From: Chitinophagales bacterium
GTDB lineage: Bacteria; Bacteroidota; Bacteroidia; Chitinophagales; LD1
DNA: 27,078 nucleotides
Direction of reading: 5' to 3'
Assembly: GCA_035550455.1 (NCBI GenBank)
Contig: DASZPC010000534.1
Span: 1 to 27,078, forward strand
Under the pieces are notes generated by a model, which was not told the DNA's origin, searched no databases, and saw only the letters and a program-made list of their open reading frames with translations. Positions within the stretch are counted from its first letter, which is position 1. Every line of letters starts with the position of its first letter. Of the stretch, positions 26,028 to 27,078 are shown one piece after another. Position numbers and translations under genes: made by a program.

Positions 26028-27041
26028 TCAAAATGAGGCGGGAGAGCGGCTTTTGATGGCGGCAATAACGGCTTCCTGTTCCTTCCGTTTTTCAGAACCG
26101 GCAGGATCCAGGGTTTGCTGTGCCTGTTTTTTTAAGGCGGCATTTAAAGTATCGAAACCCGCAATTTGTGCGGCAGTAAAACCTTTCAGCCATTTACTTT
26201 CGGCGAAATAGGGCTGGTAACCAAATTGTGCGAGGGTTTGGCCTGCAATGCTTTCGAAAATCAGTATTTCCTCATCGGAAAGGCTGCCCAGGAATTTGTT
26301 TGAATTTTTTTCGATAACGGGTTTGCGCACGTTGTTCCACATTTTGCCTGCGGCGGCAGTTTCGAGCGCATCGGGGGTTTTGTAAAACTGCAACATAGCG
26401 GGGTTAAAGTTTAGCCCCAGGCGGTGCAATAACAGGCGCAACGTATTTTCGGTATCGTGTATCAGGTTTTCGTAATGAATGAGTATGTACCTGCCGGGCG
26501 CGTACTGCTGGCAAAGGTTGTGGGCGGTTTGCTGATCGGTTTGCCATTGTTTAGCCAGGTGGTATATGTGCTTTTCGCCTACAATAATTTTACGGAAACT
26601 AACGGCTACATCGCGGCCATCGCGCACTAAATGGATGTATATAGGATGCAGGCCCTGCTGTTCAATTTGGGCAATGTAATACAGGTTAGCCATGCTTTTG
26701 CAACACCAAATTTGGGCGTCATGATGTTGTGTGTATATTTCGTAAACGGCTTTAAATACCTCTACCAAAGAGCTGTGATGGCACCGGGACCGGATTTGTG
26801 CGGGGGTGAGCATATTGAGGCGCCAGGGTACCGGGTTGGCTTTTACAAAGCGGCAAACATCGGTTACCAGTAGCATAAAATTTTCTTCGGTTTCCAGGTT
26901 CCCGTAACCGGGCAGGAGCGGAAAAAAGACAGACAGGATATGCGGCGGATGCGGCGCTGCAATTTCGGGCAACTGGTTAAGCATAAGCCTTAACATGTTA
27001 GAGCCCGACCTTTGCGTACCAATAATTAACAGCGGCTGCAT
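26028..27041 (-). CDS. PAPS-dependent sulfotransferase (Sulfotransfer_3-like)
   Basis: 5'-PSB loop IIGTQRSGSNML, WCCKS, 3'-PB motif IHLVRDGRDVAVSF, HYENLI and FESIAGQTLAQFGY. Confidence 0.88.
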   Translation of the reverse strand: MQPLLIIGTQRSGSNMLRLMLNQLPEIAAPHPPHILSVFFPLLPGYGNLETEENFMLLVTDVCRFVKANPVPWRLNMLTPAQIRSRCHHSSLVEVFKAVYEIYTQHHDAQIWCCKSMANLYYIAQIEQQGLHPIYIHLVRDGRDVAVSFRKIIVGEKHIYHLAKQWQTDQQTAHNLCQQYAPGRYILIHYENLIHDTENTLRLLLHRLGLNFNPAMLQFYKTPDALETAAAGKMWNNVRKPVIEKNSNKFLGSLSDEEILIFESIAGQTLAQFGYQPYFAESKWLKGFTAAQIAGFDTLNAALKKQAQQTLDPAGSEKRKEQEAVIAAIKSRSPASF

Positions 27042-27078
27042 GGCGCTATATTAGTGTAAAACAGATTATTGAGCCGCT

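Noticed and set aside
1-27078. CRISPR arrays, rRNA, tRNA, riboswitches, anti-phage defence or toxin-antitoxin genes
   Set aside because: None was recognised. Intergenic gaps are short (mostly under 110 nt, the largest about 190 nt) and nearly all ORFs have envelope, housekeeping or detoxification assignments.

Overview
A 27 kb chromosomal window from a gliding, T9SS-bearing Bacteroidota bacterium. The phylum call rests on gldJ, porU, porV, a PorP/SprF gene, Bacteroidota-type DsbD and TAnnTTTG promoter elements. It is densely coding, with about 22 CDSs, and I saw no rRNA, tRNA, CRISPR array, transposase or integrase. Order: the 3' part of a Yej/Opp-like peptide ABC importer (binding protein and two enlarged permeases, no ATPase); an uncharacterised secreted protein; a DUF6427-like polytopic membrane protein; purQ; a YdjC/ChbG-family deacetylase convergent with a GtrB/ArnC-like GT2; a DUF2306-like membrane protein and dsbD; a degenerate arginase-fold protein; a minus-strand run of PorP/SprF, gldJ, murF and ycaQ, divergent from porU-porV; and a minus-strand run of a sulfotransferase, an AI-2E transporter and arsR-arsM-arsC. 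The best candidate for an undescribed system is the GT2 plus YdjC pair, possibly with DUF6427, which resembles the lipid-linked hexosamine modification route of Francisella FlmF/NaxD/FlmK and Bordetella LgmABC. Other leads are an efflux-less arsRMC operon whose palindromic operator encloses the -7 promoter box, a 56-aa disordered tail on PorV, and a PorP/SprF-gldJ pairing. All family calls come from motif recognition by eye; no database search was run.
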